A stretch of 64,000 nt of DNA from Adineta vaga (taxonomy: Eukaryota; Animalia; Rotifera), in contig CP075493.1 in the NCBI GenBank assembly GCA_021613535.1, positions 17,732,001-17,796,000 on the forward strand. The letters run 5' to 3'. A program made the translations under genes and the position numbers. Position 1 is the first letter of the stretch, and every line of letters starts with the position of its first letter. The notes beneath the pieces were generated by a model. It did no database searches and was not told where the DNA came from. It saw nothing but the letters and a program-made list of their open reading frames with translations. Shown in pieces: positions 50,325-64,000 of this stretch.

Positions 50325-51471
50325 CACATTATACTTAAGTCGTTCATTGTGTCTATACCTCAAATGATATCTGAGTTACACATTTTAGCCCCAAGGAGGT
50401 TTGTATGACAAGTTTTTAGTAAGCATTACCATAGATGAGTGAGTCAAATTGGGATGAAGAATGATCAGCTTCATTCTGCTTATGTAACTATTAATTAGAG
50501 TTATTATTCAATAACTGAACTTTAGGCTTTTTATATTTCTTCACGTTCGATCAAGAAGCTAACAATATTTGAGTGTGATGTCAACGCTTTTTCGCTCCAC
50601 AAACAATCGGTGATTTAAATCATCTAGATTCAATATAAATAACTGAAACTCAATCAAAAGTCGCGTACAAAATAAGATAAAAATATTTTACTCCTGATCG
50701 TATTTAAGAAGTATCAAGGGTGTGAGTATTAGATAGATGTAGTACACCAACCCATTGTTCTTCGTCTACTCAATATCATATAAAATATTTCAATTAAAAT
50801 CTTTCCTACCTACTGATGATGTTAATCAAGATGCATTGGTTGTAATTGGATTTGAAATACTTTTCTTCCCCGAATCGAACGTTAGTTGAATATATTTATA
50901 GTTTTATTATAAATATATGTGACATATATCAATGCTTATTCATTAATTGTTCAATATCTAAATCAATTTTTAGAACAACAGCACGATGACTAGACATCCA
51001 CACTCTTAGATGGAAAACTTTTACTTAGATCTTAGTTTTTCGTGCTATAGCTTCACACCGATTTACTCTCACTCTTGTCTTTTGATGAAGGACAATATTC
51101 TTGTGTTAAGACAAATAATCTTTACTCGAACATGTCAAAGACCTTCTCCAATAGAAAATAAACTCAACGAATGAATTACGCAAACTAAAGAAATTTCATG
51201 ACAATGATAAACAATGTGAAGAGCTTCAATGTGAGCAAGATTGATGTGTAAATATGGTGTCCTTACCTTCATCCTCGATGAGAAATAATCATGTATGTCA
51301 AATTTCCTGATAAAGATAACAGTTCAAGCTAAGATGAACTCGTTTGTTATTCAAACAAAGAAAAATAAATATTTGAAAGATAAATATGTTTTATTGTAAA
51401 AAAAAGAAAAGGAAAAAATCAATAAATGGCATGAAAAGCAATTACAATCTCAATTGAATGAATCAATTTCC

Positions 51472-52346
51472 TTAAGGATTTATGACAGCACCAGATTCAC
51501 ATTTCTTATCAAAAGCTGCTATATAGAAGAAACGAACAGGTCTAGTATCTTGTGGTTTGTCATAATACAATTGAACAACAACTTCAACAGGTTGATTTGA
51601 AAGTAGAACTGAGTCTCGAATTTTTATTTCTGCTTGATTCCATTTTCCTCGATTAATCTTTAGATCTTGTGGGAAAATATTATATGTATCTTTGCCAGTA
51701 CCGCCTAATTTATTTCCAATAATATGTCCAGCATCATCTGTTGGTTTTCCCATAGATCTTGCGAATTTTCGAGTGGCATCATTCGTCACTGAACCTTTGC
51801 TGTTTATAGTTTGTGGGGTGACAGCTATTTATAAAAAAAATAACTAATTAGAAGAAAGTTAGAAAGAGTTTTTTGCAGTTATAAATTAAACTATAGTGAT
51901 GTGTTGTATTTTGAAAGTAGAAAGATGATATCTTGAAATTGATTACGATTAAAATTTTCTCTTTTCAGATTCAAAATTCTTTAATAAATATAGTCAATTA
52001 CATACATGCAAGAACATATTCCACCCTATCTTTATAACCAGTTTGATAGAATTTTATGGGTTCTCCTGCTTTATTCAGTGTATGATTTGTTAAACCTCCA
52101 TGTGTAAATGGGTCGTAATTGAGAATTTTACAAAGGGAACTATATTTGAAAAAAAATCACGAGTAGATTAAATGAATTCATCATTACATAATAAATAATA
52201 GTTTACCGTAAACTCTGAATTGCTGGAACTGTTCCTGTGGGTTTTGGTTGTGGTTTTGGTGGTGGTTTTGTCGGTGCACAAACTGTTTCATCGATCACGG
52301 ATGATGACAAGAGAAGCACAACAAGATAAAAAAGATTTTGTCGCAT
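51472..52346 (-). CDS. Secreted DNA/RNA non-specific endonuclease (beta-beta-alpha-Me, Endonuclease_NS_2-like), 3 exons
   Basis: DDAGHIIGNKLGG..NIFPQ...NRG.WNQAE. Signal peptide and Pro/Lys linker in exon 1; both introns splice in frame. Confidence 0.85.
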
Positions 52347-53892
52347 TCTTGAATTATCTCGTTAGAAGATGTTTAATACTTTAAATACAATCAATGAATG
52401 TCTTAAGAGATAAAATAAAATACTTACATATACTAATCAATAATATCACTGCTGTTGATATGTGTTTGTTTGTAATATTATCTTTACGCTTTAAATACTC
52501 ATGTTGATGTATATCCATATCTACGCATATATCCTTGATAAGAATAGATCGCCTACTATTCTTTTTCTCCCATGAGTATCTTACGCATTGACTAAAGATA
52601 GATACGTGCGTAAAAAATGCGTTGATTTTTATTTGTCCTTGGTGTGGGGAAAAAGGTAATAATGAAAGAAATATACACATACATCATAGGTATATTACTC
52701 AATAAACAAATTCTTTTATATATTGTATATCGATGATGTCCAATGAAGATAATGTTAATGAACAATTCAAGTATTGATTTGTTCGTTTAGGGGTGAATGA
52801 GGGTGGAAATTTTGTTCTTTTCTCACTCATACCTGATTTTCATGTACAGAAAAAGAGAATTTGGTTTCACTAACCAAATTATTTTCGAGTTTGGAACCTG
52901 TGAGTAAGGTGAACATCATTAACATTATGAAACATCGTCTTTTTGAATCTGTACTTTTGTTAATTCTAGAATCATATTGATTATTAGACAATTTTAATAC
53001 AGACACGATGAATACTAATAATATCAATATTTCGTGCTTTTTAGTTCAAAATTTAAATCGGTATTATCTTGAATGATGCATTCTCATATCTAAATTATTT
53101 ACCTATACGTTCAGATGAAAGCCTGTCCACAGGTAACGTACTCAGTATTTTCCACTTAGCAATAGTTATAATTCAAGAACCATAGGTGCTACAGAGCTGA
53201 AATTTATAACTTATCCAGATCTTTAGACGACCTACATTTACTGACAACCTCTCTTCACTAGGCTACGTTGTCGCTGTTTTAGAGCTTTAAAAAAGCGTGG
53301 TAAGGCATCCAATCAAAAGGACCTTTGGAACTAAACCGATGCGAAGCAGATTATACCGCTATGAATTTTCCGTATACGAAAGAAAATATTTTTACATGTA
53401 TTTAGAGCTGAGGTGTTAGGTTTGCTTACCATAAATATGCTCTTCAAAATTTGGTCTCTTCCGGAACTTATTGCTAAATGATTCTACTAACGCATTTAGT
53501 ATGAGTTTTAAAACCTTTATGTTATCAAACTATGCAACTCTAATGGTGTGTATAGGTGTAGATGATAAGGATCTGTGGATGAATACGAGGGTGTAGACGA
53601 AGACATGAGTATAACGGTTTCAACATGTTAACACCCTTGCACAATGTTGGAAGAAGTGTAAATTACAAAGAATCGTGTGAAATTCACACTCAAACCGACT
53701 CTTGTAATACATCCTCAATCACCTACGTTGAACGTGGGTTTGAAAGAAGAAAAGGCATTCACATTCATACCCTCAATGAAGTGAAAGATATTCTCATTGT
53801 AATAACTAATCACATAAAAGTCTCATTTAATAATCATAAAAAAAGATAAATTTTCATCTTTTATAATTTGAATTAATTTGAAAAAACAAAAA

Positions 53893-55065
53893 TTAAAGTT
53901 TGATTAAACGTATAATTGCTTGTGTTAAATAATAATCACCAAATGATAATGAAACATCATAAGGATTTTTTGGATAAGGACCAATTGTTCCATTTGTAAG
54001 TAAAGCATTTAATTGATATTTTTTATTTCCATAAATCATATATTTTGAAGAAGATAATTGATTAATAATTAATTTTGAAATATTTAAATAATGATTTTTT
54101 AATTGAGATATTGAAACATATTGTGATAATTCAATAAGTGCACTTGCAAATATTGCTGCAGCTGATGTATCTTTTGGTTGATATAATAATGTTGAATTAT
54201 ATGGTGCATCATAATCCCAATATGGAATTGAATCATTTATTTTTAATAAATTAGATAAAACATAATTTGTTGCTCCAATAGCTTTATCAAGAAATGGTTT
54301 ATATTGTGTATAACGATAAGCTATTATAAACCCATGAATAGCCCATGATTGTCCACGTGACCAAGTTGACCAATCAGCATAACCTTGAACAGTATATTTT
54401 TTAATAACATTTCCATTTATTTGATTATATTCAATAACATGATAAGTACTATTATTATCACGAAATTGTTCATACATTGTTCTATTTGCATGTTGCCAAG
54501 CAATATTATATAAATATTGATCTTTTGTTTGATTACTAACTTCAAATAATAATTCTAAATTCATCATATTATCAATATAAACTAAATAACCTTGTTGACT
54601 ATCAACTGAACGTAAACAACGAACAATTGAAGAATATTGTTTAGAAAGAGAATATGCACCAATTATAATTATATTTAAATATTCTTTTAATTTTAATAAA
54701 CGATATGCATTACCAAAACCTGACATAAGAATAAAACCAGCATTATATGGACTTGTACTATTTGCAAATAAACTTGTTGGTTTTGTTACATCAATTGCAT
54801 GTTTTAATGTTTCGCGTGTTGAATTATATTCAAATATATTCCAATAAATACCAGGAAAAAATCCTGATGTCCATCCAGTAATTGCACTTGTTGATGTCCA
54901 ATTATTTTCTAATGGATAACCATAATATGGATAAAAATCTTTTTCAGAATCAATAAATTTATTATAAAGTATTGAATATTGAATAGATGCATATTGCATT
55001 ACATTTATTGAAATTATTAAATTGAAAATTGAAAATAATATTAGAAAATTGAAAAAAATAGACAT
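53893..55065 (-). CDS. GH88 unsaturated glucuronyl hydrolase-like protein, secreted, intronless
   Basis: WTSGFFPG, IDNMMNLELL, WSRGQSW, PYWD, DTSAAAI and GDYY. Confidence 0.9.
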   Translation of the reverse strand: MSIFFNFLILFSIFNLIISINVMQYASIQYSILYNKFIDSEKDFYPYYGYPLENNWTSTSAITGWTSGFFPGIYWNIFEYNSTRETLKHAIDVTKPTSLFANSTSPYNAGFILMSGFGNAYRLLKLKEYLNIIIIGAYSLSKQYSSIVRCLRSVDSQQGYLVYIDNMMNLELLFEVSNQTKDQYLYNIAWQHANRTMYEQFRDNNSTYHVIEYNQINGNVIKKYTVQGYADWSTWSRGQSWAIHGFIIAYRYTQYKPFLDKAIGATNYVLSNLLKINDSIPYWDYDAPYNSTLLYQPKDTSAAAIFASALIELSQYVSISQLKNHYLNISKLIINQLSSSKYMIYGNKKYQLNALLTNGTIGPYPKNPYDVSLSFGDYYLTQAIIRLIKL

Positions 55066-56099
55066 TATTCATAAATTCATAAAGAATATGAAAATTCTTT
55101 TATTTATTTATTTATTATCTTATCTTATAAAATAGAAAAAAAAGATATGAATTTTATTTTATATTATAAATCGATTTAAATATCATTTTTATTATTATTA
55201 ATTAATATAATATGTTGACATTTTTTGTTTTGTTAAATTATTCTTAAAAATTGAAAAGAATTATTATTATAAACAAAAGAATTTTTCGAAATATATTCAT
55301 ATTTGAAATAATATATATTTATAATAGATTAATCTTTTTCTTTTTTTCTTTTTTAACTAAAAAACTTATATCATATTCTCATGATGACATAGATGAAATA
55401 TTAATATGTCATCCGAGAAATTATAGATTCATTTTTCTTTGTTAATCTTATTTATTATTATAAAAAGAAAACAACAAAACATTTCATATTTATTATTTTA
55501 GAAATGATTATAAAATATAAAATTTAACAATTTCAAATGACATTTCTTCATAATCTTTTTATAGTTTTAATAAAAGTAATAAAACATATGATTATGATTA
55601 ACTAATAATCTTATCATGAAGATATAAACTTATAGGTAGTGCAAAAGATTTTAAAAATTAAATTTATTTTATTATTTTCTCTATTTATTTTAAGAAAATG
55701 TTTATTTACATATATATTTCAATAGAAATTATAAAATATGTCGATTAATATCAGATAATTTGAATAACAGAGTGAAATATTTGAGTAAAAATTAAAATCT
55801 TTTTTATTTAACTTTAAAATCTTTTCAAGAACATTGTCGTCGTCAAAATGAATAAATATTTAAATTAATAATAAAATCAATTTCTTCTATTATTGAATTA
55901 TCAACATTCAATTTTGATCCTTCTATAATCGATATTAATCATGATTCAAGTATATCAATAGATTTTTTCGATGAATTTTAATGATTTATTATTGATATTT
56001 CTCGTCTGGATATGTTTTTTATTCTTTCTTAGAATGATATGAATATAAATAAAGAACTTTTAATCATTGAAAAACACATTTCATATTACAATAAGGTAT

Positions 56100-57570
56100 C
56101 TATTTTGATAAATCTCTTGTTTTACTCAATAATAATAATACTTTCTCTATTCTTACTCTATCTTATGTTCTACATCACAAATACAAGTAAAGTTAGAAAT
56201 ATTTTTTAAATAAAATTTTCAAAGAAAATATAATTTCAAGGTTAATTCTATTTATGATGAACAATCAGATAATCATCGAATAATTATATATCCTAATAAT
56301 CAACAAATTATTCCTTCTATGAATTCTATATTATCATCAAACAGTATTTAAACTCTTATTTCTTTGAAATTACATATAGGTTTAGTATTAGATATGGGAT
56401 CGGCTCTTCTTATATTGGCCATTCCACATGGATACTATTCAAATCAAATTAATGATAATATATTCGATATAAGTATTTAATTATATTTCTATACAATGTA
56501 TTTCATATACTTCTAGAAATACAAACAGTTTCGGTCCTTGTTTTATATGTTCAGTTAACATGAAAAATATTGGTATATCAGGAATTGAATATGAATCATG
56601 TATTATAAATGATACTTTCTTATGTTTATGTGGTTCATTAGAAGAAATTTCATTAATTAATATTACAAATTATAATCAATCAATTTCTTATCCCAATTTA
56701 CCAAGACTTAGTTGTATATAATCATATACTTTTACAACATATTTTCAATTTTATGATAGAATCATCTCATTGTTTATTTATTTCACCACTTTTCTGAACT
56801 TTATTAGCTATTGAATTAGGTTTTTATTATATGTTTTCCTCAATGAAAATCTCAATGAATATTTCTGAAGAAACTTTTTCGACATTTCGATCCGATAGAA
56901 GAAGATGAATTATGGTTTGGAGGATTAATGATATTTTCTATGATTGTATTTATCATATTTCCTATACTTGATAAACAAAATATAATTCTTACAATTCATA
57001 TGATTGGTACTGCTTTTTCTTGTCAAAATATTACAATGCAACAAAATTTAGATCGTGGACGAAAAATCCCATCAAATAATTTTAATTGTACATATGAAAT
57101 AAATTCAAATATTCTTTCTGTTTCAACATTATTATCAGAACATTTAATTACACTACAATTTGATTTAATTGGACCTTATTTTATTGGTGGAATTCGTTTA
57201 TGTTTCTCGGTATTATCTGTTATTAAAGATAATAAAAAAATATATATTGAAACAACTTGAATTTTGTCAATTCTTTCATGAAAATAATCAAACATTGACA
57301 ATGAATCCAACTTTTAATATTAAAATGACAAAAATTATCAATGAAACTATTGGTTATACATTTAATGATAACACGATTTTTAGTGGATGATGGATTCCAT
57401 CATTAACGATCGATACACTTCTCTTTAATAAAAATGATGAATATTTTCAATATTTATTTGATCATTTTACATTGATAATAGATATAACTGAATCAGAATT
57501 TTTTATTAAAAATACACAAGAATTAAATAGTTCGTCATACAGAAATTATATTATATACAATTTGATTTTC
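56100..57570 (+). pseudogene. Heavily degenerate membrane-protein gene fragments
   Basis: Broken coding-like segments (GLVLDMGSALL, LIGPYFIGGIRLC, KMTKIINET) in shifting frames. Confidence 0.4.
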
Positions 57571-58539
57571 TAGTAATTATTATTTTATTTAGTTTTTAAA
57601 CAATATTTTCTTGTTTTTTGTTTTATTTGTATTTTTGTAGATGTTTTTATTGAGAATATAAATTATTTTTTAAATTTACTTGCGAATGTATGTAAATATA
57701 TAATGTTCTCATACTCAAGATCTGACCTATTATTTGATTTATTTGATGATGAAATTTACTTGTCACACTATAGCAACACGTTAAATATCGACATATATGA
57801 TTTGAATTTCGTTTCAATAGAAAATATATAACAAAATAATTTTGAAAATATACGATCTTGTTAAAACTTGGAGAATTTGAATATATTGTATAAAATAATG
57901 TAGTTTTATATAAATAGATGGGAAAAACGTTTATTTTCTTGTTATCAAATTTTTCACGATCTATTACATGACTGATATTATTCAAAGAAAAGCAAACGAT
58001 AGTGGTGAAACAATAATATATACAATGTTCTACATCATAATAATTGATTAGAATTAACCATATGGACGGTGTCGACAAAGATGACCAAAGAAAAGATTCT
58101 AGCTTAGAATGTTGCAAACTTGACAAATTTATTTGAGAAGAATCTATTTTCATCCAGTCAGATATAAGAATGATTCGATTATATTCGGACAGGTTAAAGG
58201 AGGGTGATCTCCAATGATCGGTCTTTTTAAGATCGTATTATGGGTCTATCAGCTCTTAATAGCGTGGGACTCTGACCAATGTGATGTTTTCATTTCTCTC
58301 AAGATAGTGTCATAGAATATTATTAATTAAATTAAATAAAAATTCAAATTACTATATTCACGTATATTTTAGAAATATTTATAGAAAAAATTATTTTATT
58401 TAAAGAAGAAACATCGTTTCTAATAGATAAATAAATAAATTCAAACTCAATTATGTTACGATAAAAATGATTATTATGGAGAAGAAAATAGTCATAAAAA
58501 GAGCATTGTTAAGAGAGAGAAATCAATTCAAATGAATAT

Positions 58540-59990
58540 TACTTTGTGCAGCACCTTCCTTTAATTGTTTTACATGAATATCATTTTTTAAATGCCATTG
58601 AAAGATTAGATTCATATATATATATATAAAGTTCTTTTAATGTTCAATTTGTACAAAGAAAAGTAACAAATATTTCTAAACTTTTTTCATTTATTTCATT
58701 TGAAGTAATAAATAATAACCTCGAACAATGCTATCAGACAGATTAATATCACTGTTTGTTGATTCTTCAATTATATCTTTAATCTTTGTATTGATTTCTA
58801 ATTCACAAATACAATGATTTCTATTTAATATATTTACGATTTGATCTATTAAATCAGCAAAATTTAATTCAGGTGCACTATGAATTGTTATTGCATTGTT
58901 TTCAAGTGAAAATTCTCTTAATAATCGATGAGTTTTGATAAATTCGAGTAAATATGGAAGACTTTTTGCACTTATTAAACTATTTGTGACTTTGAATTGA
59001 AATAATAAATTAGATAATGATGAAAGAAGAGATTGAAATCCAATATCACCAATGTCACTTTTATTTAGTATAAGTCGTTCTAAATTTAGATTTGTTTTTA
59101 ATGTATCAGCTAATAAGATAACTTCATTATCATCGATATTTGATCAATCAGAAAGTTCTAAATGAAGAATATTATTATTGTTATTGAGAAACTTGAATAA
59201 TTCACTACGAAAATTTTATTCCAGATTGTTTACCTAATAAAGTTTTAATATCATTTCTCCTGAAAACTGTCTCGACCAAGAATTTTCACTGCTGATGATG
59301 ATTTTAATTACTTGAAATTTTTATACATTTCATAGTTGACACTTAATACTTTGAGAGTATTATTATTTGAATTAAGATAAGATTGTAAGAGAGAAATTTC
59401 ATTTGAATAAATCATGCTTTCAGTTAAATCAAGATAAAGGAGTGTTTTTGATAAAGATGGTAAAAGTACTTCTAAACATTGATAATCAATAATATTGATT
59501 TTTAGTCGTTGAAGAACAGTTGTCTGTAGATGCACGTGCTGTTACGCTGTCTAAATCAGATGTATATACTGATTAGTATCGTGATGAATAGGCAATAGAT
59601 AGAATTCGAAAGAAATCAATGTTGTATGATTAGCAATTGATTTCCCTAATTGAACAAAATTAACTCCGATTGAATCTGTATCTCATATACTTCACTGTAA
59701 TTCTAATTCTCGTAAAGGATATTTGTCATTTTGTATCTCTTTTAATATAATATCCGAATTATCATTTGTCAATGTTCTATAATTTAGTTTCAATTGAATT
59801 CCATCTTCTACATACTCCTTTAAAATTATTTTCGCTTGTAATAACTAAATCGAAAATTAAATTTATGAATTTTGTTTCGTTTATTTTCGTTTCAATTATT
59901 TGATTTTGTTGAAGTGATTTTTCATTAATATTATCTTGATCTTCATTTGACACAGAGTTTTTCTTGGTCTTGGTAGTAGAAAAACACAAA
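58540..59990 (-). pseudogene. Degenerate ribonuclease-inhibitor-type LRR gene
   Basis: TLLYLDL, LKVLS and LKTNLNLERL..SDIGDIG fragments with many stops. Confidence 0.5.
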
Positions 59991-60769
59991 GTGCAACGAT
60001 GAAAAAAGGAACAAAATTAAGTGTGTTTCGAAAGAGAATATTTTTTACCTTTATTAAAAACTATATTTAAGGTTATTGAAGCATAATATTCATACTAATT
60101 GAATGGTAAATGAATGGTAAATAAACCATGTATGCGCTTCATATATAGAAAAAATTGTAAGGTAGTGATGCTCAACTACTTGATTGACAGCGGTAGAAGA
60201 ATACTATACCGATATGTGCGTGTACACAAAAGGGTGTGAGTGTGGGTGTGAATATAAGAGACCCACACCCACATCCTGTTCAAACGCTATTTCAAGTGAA
60301 CTATTTAGGTTCGATTATTTTCCACTATGATTATCTTTCTGTTTTTTCGTTAAGGTTGTTGTCTTGACCGAAGTATGTAAAATACTTTTAAATAGCTATG
60401 CTATAGTTGACGGAAACGTAAATTTGATTAACAGAAAAAGATCATTGATAATCATGTATGTTTAGTTCTGCTAATTTAATCATTGTTATTAGAAGAAAAC
60501 ACGGCGTAGAAAGTTAGCGAGGAAATTTGCTGTAAAAAAAGGATATATCTCGCATAGGTACTTTATTGACGTAAAATGAAATTGCTTTAACACACTGAGA
60601 ATATTGAAAAAATATACAATACAAAAAATTAGCAATATCTGAATTTCCTGAACAATAATAGAAAGATACATGTTGCTTATCGTGTCACAAAAAAACAGCT
60701 ACTTTTGCACTATTGAATCCATGTAGATTACTTTTTTTCAAGTAACAATTGCGTAAAGGAAACCCTGAA

Positions 60770-61900
60770 TCAGATAGCATGCATCATCATATATAATAGA
60801 GGGTGGTAATGGTGGTGAAATATTAACGATTGATATCAATCCATTTATAATTTCTTATATTGTTTCCGATCTGAAAATTTCATTGAATGCCACGATAATA
60901 TTACAATTGGTGACGAAAACAATAACTCCAAATGAACGCATACATTTATCAATATACGTACTTGACTTTTCTTCTTAATCCCTAATTTATTTTTGCCTTT
61001 CGATGTAAAATTTTGATTAAACGTGAACTATTTTTTGGTAAATGTTCAGTGCAGTACAGCGATCTATATGCTAGAGTTTTATAATTTTATCTAGGCATAT
61101 TCGTCGTCGTAGTTTTTGGTTACCATCAATTACCAGAGCACGAGAACAATATAGTTCACAGGATTGATATTCAACATGATTCAACCAAAATTTAACAAAA
61201 AGTGTATATAATGATTGAAAAATTGAATATAAAAACAGATCATTATGTTCACGATCCATATGGTAGATGGCCAAATAAAATAATGAAAATCACGACTTAG
61301 AAGTTTCGTAATGTGATTCAGAGTTACGAGATATTGTTTCACTTGATTATTTTCTCACTACAGAAGGCATAGATTCTATTGTTTAGTTAGAAAAAGAAAA
61401 GCAAGCTGACTAGAATTCTTTTCATGAAACCTGATAACTACTTTGTGCAACTATCATTTCTTGGATTAGGAAATAAAATTCGTACCAGTATGATTTGTTC
61501 ATAACCCATGAAGAATACTATCCATGCTTGAAAGAAATTCTGACGTTTGGCAAAACGTTGATCGTTGCGTTCATAATCGTGTAATAAATTATAGACTTAG
61601 GTAAAGTTTTGAAAATTGGCATGAGAAGCAGTAAGAAGAGTTTTAAGTTGTAGAAATAATCTTTGTCAACCACTCGCCTTAAGAATGATGTCTTGACTTA
61701 CTTATGATAATTTAAGCTTTCGACTAGCATTTGAATAATAAGCGAAATATTGGTCTTATGGTTTTTGCTACCAGTCTGTAACAAACTGAACCGAACGATG
61801 AACTTTTTCTTTTTCCGCAACCAAATGTCGATTAATAAATATTCCACTAGCATCTCGAGCTTCACGAAAAGCAGTAGATTTAATTGATGCACCGAATGGA
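60770..61900 (-). mobile_element. Old KDZ transposase relic
   Basis: FWLNH..CSRALVIDGNQKLRRRIC (compare FWTNH..CSKIFVVDGHQKANRLVC near 8940), RSFGVIVFVTNCNIIV..FRSE and YDDAC; many lesions. Confidence 0.75.
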
Positions 61901-64000
61901 TAGATTTTTTTTATCGAAGATATGAATCAGAAAATGACCTTATTTATAGTTTCATAAACTTCTCGAACTTTCAAAGACAAGAAAAATGAAAACTTTTTTT
62001 TCCACTGTCATCGCAAGTAACAGACAAAAGAACGCAAAAAGGAAAACTTCGCCTTCTGAATCACAGTAACCCAGGTCGACAAAACCGATATTGGATTCCG
62101 TCAGTAGAATTTCCGTCGGAAGCAGCAAATTTTATTAGCGTTCTTTTTAGCTATATTTTATTACGGTCTTATGGTCACCAGAACAGTGCTCCTTTCGATT
62201 TTTCCAAAAACTATCTACTGTTTTCTTCGTTTCAAAACCCTCTAAAAATGCTCTCTAAAAATGAATTATAATAATTGTATGTAGAGTTCTTCGATCTTCG
62301 ACAGTTTCTATAATCCTTATTGTTTAGAACCAATAAACCGCATTTTTTACGGGCTTTCATTTGATATAAAATTCATTATTAACTTTATTTGGAAATATGA
62401 CAGAACATCCCTATCAAAATATTTTTTCCAATCTAGTAATACGATAAACAATTACTTATTATTATATATCTATTTGTTCAAGAAATAAATTAGCAAAAAG
62501 ATCAGATATTGTTGTATTGATTAAATCTCGATTCATCGTTGATTATAAAAAGATTCTGTTAAATTAATATTATTTATATATTAGTGAAATATATTAACAA
62601 ATGATTGATTAGAAAAACGAGGAGAATCAGTTGGTGGAAAGTCTTATGTATGCTTTTCAGGCGAAAGTATGATATATTCATAATTTGATATAATAGCATT
62701 TCCATGATTTATACTTCTATACGAGCAGTTGATTTATTCTATATTCAATCATAGAATTGAGTGGTTTATTAAAAGTTAATCGAATAGACAGTTGACATGA
62801 TTTTTGAATAAATTGTAATGGAGAAAAGATAAAACGATAATAATCTTTTTGTATGTCAATAAACAAATATGAAATAAGATCCATTTTTCATTCATCTAAA
62901 ATCAATTGATTTGAACAGATCTATAAAATAAATATTAATTTTCTTGGAAAAATTTCATAATAAAAAACTTTCTTTATTTCAATTAATTGTTTATAGAAAT
63001 TCAAAGGTAATCTATGAAATGTTTTCGTGAAACTTTGATATTGAAAGATAGTAAGATCAATGATCAATAGAATTAAGTAGACCATTGACTAAAATGTTGA
63101 GTCATTATTCGATCAAATATTATTTGTAAATTCTCTTAGAGAAAATTATCTTTTAATTAAATTAATTCATTAGAAATCTGAAATAATTTTATTATGATTG
63201 ATGTTGATTATACTCTTCGATCAATCTTTATAAAAAAATAAAAAAACCTTTAAAAAATAATATACGATATGGATTTCTCGATGAAATGCCTCAAGTGACA
63301 AGAAGTAAATTTATGATTTAATAATAAAAATAAAATAAACTTCGAATCTAAACTTTATCTCATTTGAAATCTTCGTATTATAAGAATAAGTCATTTTTTA
63401 TTTATCAAATAAATTGAATCTATTTTTTGAAATTCATCTGATTCAATTTCATATATAGAGATAAAATATTTATCTGTTGAAACGAGTATCATATGTGATA
63501 TTAGTTTATATAGTTATTGAAGAAATTATTGTTTAATAACATGTTCATATTAAAATAAATAAGTAATAGAAGAAAAAGAGAAATATCTTATCTGTCAAAT
63601 AAATAATTTCTTCATAGAAAACTATAAGCGTTTTGTTTCATTTGAAGAAATGGAAAGAAAATCAGATATGACAAATATATAATTGATGGAATTTTAAATC
63701 ATTTACAGATATTATAAATTAAATGTAAAATTAGATCTCAGTTTTTATTAAGTAAAAAGAAGTTCAATGATTTTTTTTAAAAAAGAACGATCTATAATAC
63801 TAATTAGATAAATATCATCAGCAACAAATTCATTTTGAATAAAACAATAAAATTAATGATATGAATAATCAGTTTATAATCTAATTTTGATTCTTTAACA
63901 AAAAATAAAATGTAATTATATATGAAAATTAAGAATTGATTCAATTCATTGAATTAAATTTAAAAATAACTATTGTTTCTATTTGTAATAAATATTCTTT

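Noticed and set aside
24566-55065. Bacterial contamination or chimeric contig
   Set aside because: Several foreign-type genes have spliceosomal introns and eukaryotic sorting signals and are interleaved with animal-type genes; there is no operon structure.
60230-60277. Interstitial telomeric TGTGGG repeats
   Set aside because: Only one or two imperfect units, within a fold-back repeat.
62070-62350. CCCAGG-ended MITE (a similar end occurs at ~43822)
   Set aside because: I could not find a matching second terminus or TSD.

Overview
AT-rich eukaryotic DNA with short GT-AG introns. The gene content (ART-TPR, LDLa/EGF-7TM GPCR, F-box/LRR-like relics, many bacterial/fungal-type enzymes) suggests a bdelloid rotifer TE/HGT-rich region; this is an inference. 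The first 23.6 kb is one decayed Helentron-type Helitron (Rep 1-2779, PIF1 helicase 20250-23186, CTAG end at 23647) holding nested DNA transposons that I could delimit by their target-site duplications (TSDs). A CCC-ended CpG-rich MITE (209-1198, AA TSD) sits in a Rep exon. A pogo/Fot element with 661-bp TIRs (3063-19998, TA TSD) sits in an intron. A Kolobok (7363-19951, TTAA TSD) sits in the pogo right TIR. A KDZ/Zisupton-type element (7496-15662, 8-bp TSD CGTCGTCA) sits in the Kolobok. The innermost element is the most novel-looking item: it pairs a KDZ transposase with a spliced DUF3987/YfjI-like P-loop ATPase/helicase and has inverted subterminal tandem arrays. The rest of the window holds secreted or GPI-type foreign-looking enzymes (arylsulfatase, beta-lactamase-family hydrolase, beta-beta-alpha endonuclease, GH88, a propeller/barrel protein), a knottin-like peptide, two ADP-ribosyltransferase-type genes, several pseudogenes, a non-autonomous Helitron and an old KDZ relic. 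All family calls come from motif recognition by eye; no database search was run.
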